Origin: Candidatus Pacearchaeota archaeon CG1_02_32_21
GTDB lineage: Archaea > Nanobdellota > Nanobdellia > Pacearchaeales > GW2011-AR1
Assembly: GCA_001872185.1 (NCBI GenBank)
Contig: MNVX01000036.1
Location: 1 to 51,392 of the forward strand
Direction: 5' to 3'
DNA: 51,392 bases
A program made the translations under genes and the position numbers. A model generated the notes under the pieces. That model had not been told where the DNA came from. It worked only from the letters and a program-made list of their open reading frames with translations, and ran no database searches. This document shows positions 42,290 to 50,825 of the stretch, piece after piece. Numbering within the stretch: position 1 is the first letter of the stretch; each line of letters opens with the position of its first letter.

Positions 42290-42597
42290 ATGAAAACTTA
42301 TGAGAGAGAACAAAAAGAAGAGAAAGTACATAGAGAAAAAATAGAAATAACTAAAAATATCTTTTAGGTTTTGGAAAATTAGGTTTTCCTTATGGGGAGT
42401 GTGTTGCTTCTGTTGAAAGAAGTAGAGCTGATTCTAGAGATTATGTGAACTATGCATTGAGCAATGGTGTTAATCAAGAAGAGCTGACAACTTTATTGAC
42501 TTTTCATTATCTGACTTGGAATGATTCTAAATGGGCATTGGATTTTTTAAACAAGCATCTTAGAGAAATTTTATCTAGACCAACTATGGAATCTTGA
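42290..42597 (+). pseudogene. frameshift-split ORF (25-aa head plus ~75-aa start-less tail)
   Basis: MKTYEREQKEEKVHREKIEITKNIF* is followed, in another frame, by an open reading ..LGFGKLGFPYGECVASVERSRADSRDYVNYALSNGVNQEELTTLLTFHYLTWNDSKWALDFLNKHLREILSRPTMES*, which has no start codon near its beginning. Confidence 0.3.
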
Positions 42598-42788
42598 GCA
42601 GTTTATTATAATTTATAAATAATCAATACTTTATTTACTAATGGATCATGAAATAAAAAAAGGGAGGTATGAATTAAACCCCATTATTACTGAAAAACGG
42701 GTTTGGAATCAGAAGAATATACTGATTGCTATTTTAAGCAGTATTTTTTGTTGTAATATTTGAATTTGTTGCTGTTTTTTTCGTAGGC

Positions 42789-43214
42789 TTGTTAAGGCCA
42801 TATGCTCTTTTTTTGGGATTTGTTCTTATAATTATTTATGCAATATTTCTATTTTTTCTTTTAGAGCCTAAACTCATGAGAGAAATAATAAGAACTGAGG
42901 TTATTAGTGTAGAGAGGCCGGTTATTAAAGAGATTGTTAAAGAAGTTCCTAGGGATATTGTGAGAGAGGTTCAAAAACCTGTTACTCAAACACTAACTAA
43001 GACTGTTTATGTCCCTATTCCTAGAAAAAAATTAGAAATCCCGAAATATGATTATGTAGGAAGCAGTGAAACAAAAACTTTTCATACTAGAAATTGCAGG
43101 TTTGGTAAACTGATTAAAAGGAAGTATAAGGTTAGTAATAATTCAAAAGTTTACTTTACAGGAAGAAAATATGCTCCGTGTAAAGTTTGTATTCTTAAAC
43201 AGAAAAAGGTATAA
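42789..43214 (+). CDS. membrane-anchored protein with C-terminal Ada-type zinc-binding domain; probably the 3' part of a frameshifted gene starting at 42641
   Basis: C-terminus YVGSSETKTFHTRNCRFGKLIKRKYKVSNNSKVYFTGRKYAPCKVC fits the Ada metal-binding domain pattern. The track start is TTG. The upstream ORF 42641-42763 continues into this frame across a T6 run. Confidence 0.5.
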   Translation: MLRPYALFLGFVLIIIYAIFLFFLLEPKLMREIIRTEVISVERPVIKEIVKEVPRDIVREVQKPVTQTLTKTVYVPIPRKKLEIPKYDYVGSSETKTFHTRNCRFGKLIKRKYKVSNNSKVYFTGRKYAPCKVCILKQKKV

Positions 43215-43276
43215 CATTAAGTGTTAATACAAGAAGCTTTAAATAAAGTTGTTTTTTCGTACTTTTAGTATTCTGT

Positions 43277-43349
43277 GCGGGGATGGCACAGTGGCTACTG
43301 CGTTCGCCTGCAGAGCGAATTTTCCCGGGTTCGAATCCCGGTCCCCGCT
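43277..43349 (+). tRNA. tRNA-Cys (anticodon GCA)
   Basis: GCGGGGA...TTCGC-CTGCAGA-GCGAA...CCGGG-TTCGAAT-CCCGG-TCCCCGC-T. Confidence 0.9.
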
Positions 43350-43421
43350 TATAATTTATTTTGAAAGTTTTGCCATACACTTTATAAATTTAGCTTGTTT
43401 TGCATTAAAGAAAAGAATAAA

Positions 43422-44486
43422 ATGAAAATACTTTTTGGAGTTTTAGATTGGGGGTTAGGACATGCTACAAGAGACATTCCACTTATAGAAGGTCTGCTTG
43501 GTATAGGACATAGCGTTGATATTATTTCAAATGGAAGAGCACTTAAAATTCTGAAGGAAAAGTTTGGAGGAAGATGTAACTATTATGATATTTCTGGCCT
43601 TTATGTCCCACAGATGTATTCTAGCTATTTTATTTTAGCATGTGCCATGAATTTGCATAAAATGGCTGCTTCTATTCTTAAATCTAGGAAAAAAATAAAT
43701 AAAATCATAAAAAATGGGAAGTACAATTGGATTATAAGCGACAACAGGTTTGAACTTTATGATAGACCATCAAATTCTATTATGATTATACATACTCTTA
43801 ACTTTAATAGTCATTTATTAAAATACCCTATTACAAAGCTTATGGAATTTATTACAAAACCATATGGAATACTTATTGTCCCTGACTTTCCAAAAAAAGG
43901 TATTGCAGGGATTATGGGTCAGAATAAGAATATACTTAACAAGGAAGTGCACTATATAGGTGTTCTTTCTCAAATAAGAAAAAAACATTATAAAAAGAAT
44001 ATAGATTATTTCATTTCTCTTTCTGGTCCAGAGCCACAGAGAACTATTCTTGAGAATAAACTTATAAAACAATGCCACAAGTTGAAAGGGAATATTGTTA
44101 TAGCAGGGGCTAATCCTGATGTAAATCAAACTAAAACAATTGGAAAAAATATCAAACTTTATAGTTTTTTAAACACTCAGTATCAAGAAGAAATGATGAA
44201 CAGGGCAAAATTTATCATTACAAGAAGCGGATTTACAACTACTGCAAATATGATTGAACTTGGGAAAAAAAGAGCTTTACTTATTCCTATGCCTGGCCAA
44301 CCTGAACAGGAATTTCTTGCTGATTTATATGAGAGAAAAAAATACTTTCACCACGTGCATCAGGATGATATTAATTTAGAAAAAGATATTAAAGTTGCAA
44401 TGAAAGGATTTAGAGGATTTAGACCTCAGTGGAGAACTAAAAGATCTGTCAAGAAATTTTTAAAAATCATAGAAAAGAAGAGATAA
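43422..44486 (+). CDS. glycosyltransferase (GT1/GT28-like, MurG/UDP-glycosyltransferase fold)
   Basis: N-terminus MKILFGVLDWGLGHATRDIPLIEGLLGIGHSVDIIS and C-terminal TRSGFTTTANMIELGKKRALLIPMPGQPEQ are typical of this fold. ATG 43422; the track start 43395 is TTG. Confidence 0.6.
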   Translation: MKILFGVLDWGLGHATRDIPLIEGLLGIGHSVDIISNGRALKILKEKFGGRCNYYDISGLYVPQMYSSYFILACAMNLHKMAASILKSRKKINKIIKNGKYNWIISDNRFELYDRPSNSIMIIHTLNFNSHLLKYPITKLMEFITKPYGILIVPDFPKKGIAGIMGQNKNILNKEVHYIGVLSQIRKKHYKKNIDYFISLSGPEPQRTILENKLIKQCHKLKGNIVIAGANPDVNQTKTIGKNIKLYSFLNTQYQEEMMNRAKFIITRSGFTTTANMIELGKKRALLIPMPGQPEQEFLADLYERKKYFHHVHQDDINLEKDIKVAMKGFRGFRPQWRTKRSVKKFLKIIEKKR

Positions 44487-44503
44487 TCTTTAAATAATCA
44501 GTA

Positions 44504-46201
44504 GTGTGTAATTCTTGTATGTTTATTGTTAAAAAGACAATTAATGGCAGAGATTATTTTTATATTAGGGCAAGTGTCAGGAAAGATGGCAAGGTTATAA
44601 GCAAGAATGTAGCTTATGGCGGTAAAACTAAGGAAGATGCTGAAAAAAAGATTTTAAGTTTGAAAAATGATAGTGTAAGAAATAATAAAAAGCCTGATTT
44701 TGAGAATGAAAGTATGGTTGAGGATAAAAAAGAAATAGGCATAGAAGAGCTTGCTAATTTTTGCAAAGCTAAGGGATTTGTTTTTCCATCTAGTCTTATT
44801 TATGGGGGATTAGCAGGATTTTGGGATTTTGGGCCTTTAGGAGTTGAATTATTTAATAATATTAAGAATGAGTGGTGGAATTTTTTTGTCAGGAAAAGAG
44901 ATAATATAGTTGGAATGGAAGGAAGTATTATTTCTCATCCACGAACTTGGAAAGCTTCAGGGCATTTAGATAATTTTAATGTTAATGATTATCTTGTTGT
45001 ATGCACTAAATGCAAAAAGTCTAGCAAAATTGACAGGCCTAACTTGGGAAAAATAAAATGCGATAGCTGTGAAGGAGAATATGACTGGCAAAATGCTAAA
45101 ATGATTGAGCAGATGTTTAAGACTTCTATTGGAGCTTTAAATCCAATGGAGGCTTATTTAAGAGGAGAAACAGCTCAAGGTATGTTTTTGGATTTTAAGT
45201 TGATACAGCAAACTTCCAGAATGCAGTTGCCGTTTGGAATTGCACAACTTGGAAGATGTTTTAGGAATGAGATTGCTCCAAGAGATTTTCTTTTCAGAAG
45301 CAGAGAGTTCCATATAGGAGAGTTTGAATTTTTTATTCATCCAGACGAAAAAAAGTGTGATTTGCTTAACGACGAGCATTTGAATACTAAGTTTATGTTT
45401 TTAGATGAAGAAACCCAGAAATCTGGAAGTGACAAATTAAAAGAAGTTAGTATGAAAGAATTGCTTCAAAAAAAGAAACTTGAAGAGTGGCATGCTTATT
45501 GGCTGGCTGAACAGATAAAATGGTTTTATTCTATTGGCTTGAGTAAAATTAAAATAAGGGAGCATACTAAAGATGAGTTGAGCCATTATTCGAGTGCAAC
45601 TTTTGATATAGACTATTTATTTCCGTTTGGAAGTTTAGAAATGGCAGGTAATGCCAGTCGTGGGCAGTATGATTTAACACAGCATGAAAAAGAGAGCAAA
45701 GAAGATATGTCTATATTTGACGAAAAAACTAAGACTAAAATAATTCCAAGAGTAATTGAACCTACATTTGGGATGGAAAGGGTTTTTCTTGCAGTATTAA
45801 CCAAAGCATATAGTTATGATAAAGACAGAGATAATATTGTCCTGAGAATTCCAGCTAAGCTTTCACCTATAAAGGCAGCTGTTTTTCCAATCATAAAAAA
45901 TGAAGAATATGAGAGAATAGCTCAGAAAATTGTTGATAATCTGAGAGAAGACTATAATATTGTGTATGATAGATCTGGAAGTATTGGTAGAAGATATGCC
46001 AGGAATGATGAGATTGGAACTCCTATGTGCATAACTGTTGATGAAAAAACTCCTGAAGATGAGAGTGTTACAATAAGAGATAGAGACAGCACAGAACAGA
46101 TAAGAGTTAAAATTAAAGATTTGAATGATGTTATTAAAAAAATTATCAACGGAGAGAATTTATTGAAGTTAGGGAAAGTTGTTGATACACGAGTTAAATA
46201 A
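44504..46201 (+). CDS. glyS: glycyl-tRNA synthetase (archaeal/eukaryotic type); start uncertain (GTG 44504, ATG 44519 or ATG 44714)
   Basis: AKGFVFPSSLIYGGLAGFWDFGPLGVELFNNIKNEWW, class II motifs (FRNEIAPR, GMERV), and a C-terminal anticodon-binding domain. Confidence 0.9.
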   Translation: MCNSCMFIVKKTINGRDYFYIRASVRKDGKVISKNVAYGGKTKEDAEKKILSLKNDSVRNNKKPDFENESMVEDKKEIGIEELANFCKAKGFVFPSSLIYGGLAGFWDFGPLGVELFNNIKNEWWNFFVRKRDNIVGMEGSIISHPRTWKASGHLDNFNVNDYLVVCTKCKKSSKIDRPNLGKIKCDSCEGEYDWQNAKMIEQMFKTSIGALNPMEAYLRGETAQGMFLDFKLIQQTSRMQLPFGIAQLGRCFRNEIAPRDFLFRSREFHIGEFEFFIHPDEKKCDLLNDEHLNTKFMFLDEETQKSGSDKLKEVSMKELLQKKKLEEWHAYWLAEQIKWFYSIGLSKIKIREHTKDELSHYSSATFDIDYLFPFGSLEMAGNASRGQYDLTQHEKESKEDMSIFDEKTKTKIIPRVIEPTFGMERVFLAVLTKAYSYDKDRDNIVLRIPAKLSPIKAAVFPIIKNEEYERIAQKIVDNLREDYNIVYDRSGSIGRRYARNDEIGTPMCITVDEKTPEDESVTIRDRDSTEQIRVKIKDLNDVIKKIINGENLLKLGKVVDTRVK

Positions 46202-46232
46202 TATTTATAAACCTAAAATTGATTAAATTAAA

Positions 46233-46679
46233 ATGGCTGAAAAAAATGTGATTAATATAATTATGGAAGGGGCTAATCATGACAGCCCATCTGTCTTAGG
46301 TTATGTAAAATTACCTTCAGACTTAGTTAGTATAGACGAAAATGTACGCGCTTTTCATTATCTAAGTAACAAGTTTTTACTGTATGCTACAACCAAAAAT
46401 TTTAAGAATATTGAATTAAAAGATGTGAATCCTAATGTTGAAGCTGGATTTTCTTTAAATCCTCCTTTATGTTTGTGGGTCATACTTGAAGCTCAAAGGT
46501 CTTTCATTACAAGAGATGGAAGAGTTTATGTTGATTCTGACTATTTAAGAGATGGTTGGAGGTGGTATTTAGATGCAATGCCAAGTATAATTGAGGATTC
46601 TCGAAGATTATTTAATGGAGAAATCAGTGAGAATGATATTAATTTACACCCTAGAAGCGTATTTGTTAAAGAAAAATAA
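46233..46679 (+). CDS. hypothetical protein
   Basis: ORF only. No recognisable motif. Confidence 0.4.
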   Translation: MAEKNVINIIMEGANHDSPSVLGYVKLPSDLVSIDENVRAFHYLSNKFLLYATTKNFKNIELKDVNPNVEAGFSLNPPLCLWVILEAQRSFITRDGRVYVDSDYLRDGWRWYLDAMPSIIEDSRRLFNGEISENDINLHPRSVFVKEK

Positions 46680-46707
46680 AAGAGAATTAGTAAATTAAAA
46701 ATAGAAA

Positions 46708-46905
46708 TTATTTTCTTTTCTTTTTATTCTCTACTGGACTTGGATTTTTATTTTTCACCCAACTGTGCTTGTGCCAGAGTTCATGTATTATAAGCAATAC
46801 TGAAGCTATTACTACAATCCATTTTGAATACGCAGTTTGCCATAATGCGAAAACCAAGATTATTATGCCCAGCAAAATGTTACCTATACTGCAATTACAC
46901 TTCAT
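46708..46905 (-). CDS. small two-TM membrane protein
   Basis: Perfect SD GGAGGTGA lies 5 nt upstream of the ATG. Translation MKCNCSIGNILLGIIILVFALWQTAYSKWIVVIASVLLII... Confidence 0.5.
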   Translation of the reverse strand: MKCNCSIGNILLGIIILVFALWQTAYSKWIVVIASVLLIIHELWHKHSWVKNKNPSPVENKKKRK

Positions 46906-46986
46906 TTTTCACCTCCTTTTTGTATTTTTATTAAGCGATTTTTTGATTATAAAATAAATATTAAAAGTAAAAATAATTTTTAGTTG

Positions 46987-47025
46987 TTATCTCTTTTTTG
47001 CTTTTTTCTTTTTTTTAGCAGCCAT
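46987..47025 (-). CDS. candidate 12-aa Lys-rich micropeptide
   Basis: AGGAGGTGAAAAAC-ATG: a perfect SD with ~6-nt spacer, nearly identical to the initiation region of the next gene. Translation MAAKKKKKAKKR. Confidence 0.25.
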   Translation of the reverse strand: MAAKKKKKAKKR

Positions 47026-47176
47026 GTTTTTCACCTCCTTTGGAAACAAGTACACATTAACAATTAAAATGAGTTACTTAGAAAATTATTTTTGTTTTCC
47101 TGAACCTCCTTTCATAACTAACTGGTTTAAGTTTATAAATTTATGTAATTTTTTATTTTTAATAATGTTTTTATTA

Positions 47177-47249
47177 TGGACCCATCGGGAATTGAACCCG
47201 AATTTCTCGACTGCCAGCCGAATGTAATAAACCGTTATACGATGGGCCC
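47177..47249 (-). tRNA. tRNA-Ala (anticodon GGC)
   Basis: Reverse complement: GGGCCCA...TTCGG-CTGGCAG-TCGAG...TCGGG-TTCAATT-CCCGA-TGGGTCC-A. The G3:U70 identity pair is present. Confidence 0.85.
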
Positions 47250-47332
47250 TAATCTCTCGAGTAGAGAGTTGTAGAGTTTGTTTAAAATGCACACTAATAA
47301 AAGTTATAAACTTAGTTATTCTTTAGTTTTTT

Positions 47333-47683
47333 ATGCCAGAAGATTGTATATTTTGTAAGTTTGTTAGTGGAAAGATAAAAGTTGACTTTATTTATGAGAG
47401 TGATAATTTTTTTGCATTTGCTGATGCAAATCCTAAAGTTAAAGGGCATACTTTAATTATTCCTAAAAAGCATTTTGTTAATTCTATGGATTTTCCTGAT
47501 AGTCTTGCAAGTGAACTTTTTGAGGCAATTAAAGCTGTAGCTAAAATAAGACTAAAAGAGGGTTTTGAAGGGTTTAATCTTGTTCAAAATAATTTTGAAG
47601 CAGCAGGGCAAAAAGTAATGCATACTCATTTTCATATTTTGCCTAGAAAAAAAGGCGATGGTTTTAGGTTAAACGGATTATAA
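47333..47683 (+). CDS. HIT family hydrolase (HinT-like)
   Basis: CIFCKF, ADANPKVKGHTLIIPKKH, and the histidine triad HTHFHILPR. Confidence 0.9.
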   Translation: MPEDCIFCKFVSGKIKVDFIYESDNFFAFADANPKVKGHTLIIPKKHFVNSMDFPDSLASELFEAIKAVAKIRLKEGFEGFNLVQNNFEAAGQKVMHTHFHILPRKKGDGFRLNGL

Positions 47684-47684
47684 A

Positions 47685-47756
47685 TGGCTATACCGAGAGT
47701 CGAACTCGGAGCCTCCTGCTTATGAGACAGGCGTTCTACCGCTGAACTATATAGCC
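47685..47756 (-). tRNA. tRNA with CAT anticodon (elongator Met or Ile2)
   Basis: Reverse complement: GGCTATA-TA-GTTC-AGCGGTA-GAAC-G-CCTGT-CTCATAA-GCAGG...CCGAG-TTCGACT-CTCGG-TATAGCC-A. G1:C72 and the anticodon stem argue against an initiator. Confidence 0.85.
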
Positions 47757-47840
47757 ATAATCATTCAAACTTTATACCATTTAAAAAAGTATCTTGGAAG
47801 TATTTTTAAATTACATTATCCTTATTTGAGCTGTAGTACA

Positions 47841-48077
47841 ATGGTATTTATGCAGGTGATTAGTGCTGTTGATAGTTTAGGAGAGAGTTTTGATAGCTTA
47901 GCAAGGATATTGCAAATTTTAGGTGGAATTGCAGGAGTTTATCTTATATTATGGATTATCGGAACTATCCTTAACCTGAGGAGAACTAAACTTTTGAAAG
48001 AAGTTATCAATAAACTTGATGAGAACAATAAGAAGCTTGATAAATTATTAGGGTCAGGTAAAAAGAAAAGGAATTAA
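47841..48077 (+). CDS. small single-TM protein with charged C-terminal helix
   Basis: ATG 47841; the track start 47826 is TTG. TM GGIAGVYLILWIIGTILNL. Confidence 0.4.
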   Translation: MVFMQVISAVDSLGESFDSLARILQILGGIAGVYLILWIIGTILNLRRTKLLKEVINKLDENNKKLDKLLGSGKKKRN

Positions 48078-48382
48078 TTTCTGTTTAAGGATATGTCAAT
48101 TGTTGAAACATTGATTTGTTTTTCTTCTTCATTTTTAAATGCATCTGTGCCTATTATAATTCCCTGAGATAAGTCTGTACCGTCTTTTTCTTTAACTCTT
48201 TTTTTAACAACTTCTGCAACATCAACTCCCCTTGAAATAAACTTCCCACGAGCCTTAATTATTGCAGAGCCATTTTTTTCAAGCTGCATTATTGTAGCTA
48301 TTACATATTTCATAAACGGTTTGCTACCAATAAAAATCTCGTTTGTTTCACGCCTTTCTTTGTCCTTTTTGTTGTCCATCAT
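48074..48382 (-). CDS. albA: DNA/RNA-binding protein Alba
   Basis: NEIFIGSKPFMKYVIATIMQLEKNGSAIIKARGKFISRGVDVAEVVKKR fits Alba. Confidence 0.85.
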   Translation of the reverse strand: MMDNKKDKERRETNEIFIGSKPFMKYVIATIMQLEKNGSAIIKARGKFISRGVDVAEVVKKRVKEKDGTDLSQGIIIGTDAFKNEEEKQINVSTIDISLNRN

Positions 48383-48590
48383 TTTCCTTTATGCCTCTTG
48401 GCTTAGGTATATCTCCAGCTTTTTTAAGCCTTGTTATATGTCCTGCAATCTTATTTCTTGTTCCTTTATCCGGTAAGGTATAGTCTTTTAGGACCTCTTT
48501 ATTTTTGTCAAAATCTGTGGTGAAATTAGAGTTGTCTCTCATTAAATTCTTCGCAGCTCTTTTAATCTGTAGCGATTTTATTCTTCCCAT
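48348..48590 (-). CDS. rps17e: 30S ribosomal protein S17e
   Basis: MGRIKSLQIKRAAKNLMRDNSNFTTDFDKNKEVLKDYT..KGTRNKIAGHITRLKK fits S17e. Its 3' end overlaps the Alba start by 35 nt. Confidence 0.85.
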   Translation of the reverse strand: MGRIKSLQIKRAAKNLMRDNSNFTTDFDKNKEVLKDYTLPDKGTRNKIAGHITRLKKAGDIPKPRGIKENDGQQKGQRKA

Positions 48591-48666
48591 TTATATGAAT
48601 TTTTAGGGTAGTATTTAAAGTTTTTGTTGAGCAAATGTTTAAATAATTTATTCTATTACTACTAAA

Positions 48667-49227
48667 ATGAATAGAAAAAAGATTACTAAAAGCACCAAGG
48701 TAAAAAACAGCAAAGAAATTAAGGTAGTTTTATCAGATGGAGAGATAACCAGTGCGTCTAAGGATGCTTTGGACCTTTATAGCAACAGGTTATTTGGAGA
48801 GTACTCTGAAAAAAGAGTTAGATATTCTCTAAGTGAAGCAATTTATCTAGTAGACAAAGGTAAAATTAGTGTTTACAAGAAAACTAAAAAGCTAAGTTTA
48901 AATCAGTTAATTGACGAATGTAAAAAAATCGATAAAAAAACTTATGTTAAATTCCTTGTCTTTAAGGATTTAAGAGATAAAGGATATATACTAAAAACAG
49001 CCTTGAAATTCGGAGCAGACTTTAGGGTTTATGACAAGGGTTCTAAACCTGGTAAAGAGCATGCTAAATGGATTTTGTACCCTATTTCAGAGTCTCAGGA
49101 AATGACCTGGCATGATTTTTCTGCTAAGAATAGAGTTGCTCATAGCACTAAGAAAAATTTGTTAATAGCTATTGTTGACAGCGAAGGAGATATTACTTAT
49201 TATGAAATTTCCTGGGTTAGACCTTAA
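48667..49227 (+). CDS. endA: tRNA-splicing endonuclease EndA
   Basis: FKDLRDKGYILKTALKFGADFRVYDKG...EHAKWILYP...AHSTKKNLLIAIVD contains the Tyr/His/Lys catalytic positions of archaeal EndA. Confidence 0.9.
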   Translation: MNRKKITKSTKVKNSKEIKVVLSDGEITSASKDALDLYSNRLFGEYSEKRVRYSLSEAIYLVDKGKISVYKKTKKLSLNQLIDECKKIDKKTYVKFLVFKDLRDKGYILKTALKFGADFRVYDKGSKPGKEHAKWILYPISESQEMTWHDFSAKNRVAHSTKKNLLIAIVDSEGDITYYEISWVRP

Positions 49228-49412
49228 ACATTACCTTTCTTTTTAACTGTAAAGAAGGATTTGCTCGCTACTGGTACTTGAAATATCTGGCCACAGTTTT
49301 CACATTGTGCTGTTACAATAGTTGTCATAGCAGTTAGTATTTTAGCTCCTTTAGAAACTATTCTTGCTCCCAGTTTTATTTCAAATTCGTGTCCGCATTT
49401 TGAGCACTTCAT
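49224..49412 (-). CDS. small zinc-ribbon protein
   Basis: MKCSKCGHEF...AQCENCGQIF carries two CxxC pairs. ATG 49412; the track start 49418 is TTG. Confidence 0.5.
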   Translation of the reverse strand: MKCSKCGHEFEIKLGARIVSKGAKILTAMTTIVTAQCENCGQIFQVPVASKSFFTVKKKGNV

Positions 49413-49452
49413 TAACAAACCTCCAGCGGGTTTCTTAGAGTTCCAGCAACCA
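49412..49452 (-). repeat. 41-nt element identical to 6245..6285, overlapping a start codon
   Basis: Exact plus-strand match ttaacaaacctccagcgggtttcttagagttccagcaacca. A degenerate second unit lies at 49459-49495. Confidence 0.9.
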
Positions 49453-49575
49453 CAGATTTTAACAAACCTGTATTGTTTACAGTTCCAGCAACCATTTTCA
49501 TTCTAATGATATTGGACAATAGTTATTAAGGTTTACTATAACAAAATTTATAATCATTGCCTATTTTGAGTTATA

Positions 49576-50574
49576 ATGGAAAGAGGTAATAGTATTCTTG
49601 ATCAGAGGGAAAAGATTATCAGTTTTATTAAAATAAGGGGTCCTAGTTTGCCTATCCATATTTCTCAACATCTTAAAGTTGATACATTGCTGGCTAGTGC
49701 AATGCTCGCTGAACTATTATCTGATAAAAGACTAAAACTGAGTAATTTAAGGGTCGGAAATTCTCCAGTTTATTATTTAGTCGGACAGGAATTTCAGCTT
49801 GAAAATTTTTATCAATATTTGCCTGATAAGGAAAAAGAAACTTTTGAGCTGTTACGGAGTAAACAGATTTTAAAAGATAGTGACCAGTTACCTGCTGTTA
49901 GGGTTGCTCTCAGAAGCATAAGGGATTTTGCCTTTTCGTTTCAATATAATGACCAGCTTTATTGGAGGTTTATTAAAGTGAACGAAGAAAATGCGTCAGA
50001 ACTAATTCAGAAGACTCAGGCAACACAGGTTAAGCCTGTGCAAATTGAAATTCCAGTGGTTAAAAAAATTTTGCTGGAGCATATTCAGAAAGCAAAAGAG
50101 TTATCAATTTCCAAGAATGTACAAAACGAGACAGTTCAAGATGCAACTCCTGCTGAACCAATTGTTATTAAAGAAAAACAAAAACTAGTGTCTTTAATAC
50201 CTGAGAGAAAGGCTCAGGAGTCTATATTTAAAACACCAGTTAAAACTAAAAAGGAAAAAGGTAAATCAGAATTTGTTTCAAAAGTTTATGAATTTTTTGA
50301 GAGTAATAATCTTAAACTTGTAAAGGAAATAAGTTCTAAGAAAAAGGAGTTTATGGGGATAATTAATGTTGAGAATAATGGCAAGTTTGACAGCTATATT
50401 TGTATTGCTAAAGAGAAAAAAAGTGTGAGTGATAAAGACTTGATGAAGCACCTCCAGACTGGACAGAAAGAAAATCTTCCTGTATTATTCCTTTCCAATG
50501 GAGAGACGAGTAAAAAGGCTGTTGAGTGGCTGGATTATCTAGGCAATATAATAATTTACAGAAAATTAGAATAG
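49576..50574 (+). CDS. hypothetical protein with N-terminal winged-helix-like repeats
   Basis: ISFIKIRGPSLPIHISQHLKVDTLLASAMLAELLSDKRLKLSNLRVGNSPVYYL looks like a wHTH; a second similar segment follows. Function unknown. Confidence 0.35.
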   Translation: MERGNSILDQREKIISFIKIRGPSLPIHISQHLKVDTLLASAMLAELLSDKRLKLSNLRVGNSPVYYLVGQEFQLENFYQYLPDKEKETFELLRSKQILKDSDQLPAVRVALRSIRDFAFSFQYNDQLYWRFIKVNEENASELIQKTQATQVKPVQIEIPVVKKILLEHIQKAKELSISKNVQNETVQDATPAEPIVIKEKQKLVSLIPERKAQESIFKTPVKTKKEKGKSEFVSKVYEFFESNNLKLVKEISSKKKEFMGIINVENNGKFDSYICIAKEKKSVSDKDLMKHLQTGQKENLPVLFLSNGETSKKAVEWLDYLGNIIIYRKLE

Positions 50575-50609
50575 AAATACTTATAAATAAGTATAACTAT
50601 AAGTTATAC

Positions 50610-50825
50610 ATGGTAATTCAAACTAAAGTTAAGGTTAAAGAGTGGGGAAATTCTCTTGGATTAATTATACCTAGTGATATTGTTAATAAAGAAAATATAG
50701 TTGCAAATGAAGAAATAACTATAACAATTTCAAAAAAAGATAGTTTGGAAGATTTTTTTGGGAAGGCAAAAATTAAAAAATCAGCACAGGAACTTAAAGA
50801 TGAATCAAGAAAAGGTTGGGAATAA
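50610..50825 (+). CDS. vapB: AbrB/SpoVT-type antitoxin (VapB/MazE-like)
   Basis: KVKVKEWGNSLGLIIPSDIV is the swapped-hairpin AbrB motif. ATG 50610. Overlaps the downstream PIN gene. Confidence 0.75.
   Translation: MVIQTKVKVKEWGNSLGLIIPSDIVNKENIVANEEITITISKKDSLEDFFGKAKIKKSAQELKDESRKGWE

Noticed and set aside
49412-49495. A third frame across the repeat element encodes a zinc-ribbon-like string (ENGCWNCKQYRFVKICGCWNSKKPAGGLL). It is in frame with the downstream zinc-ribbon gene and resembles the Nop10-like protein (CPKCNSETKPAGL).
   Set aside because: There is no start codon (ATG/GTG/TTG) between the upstream TAG and the gene. The same frame is out of phase with the downstream gene at the other copy (6245-6290), and it closes after GCWTHRNTGY at the 17.7-kb copy. 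The resemblance is noted but a coding role is not supported.
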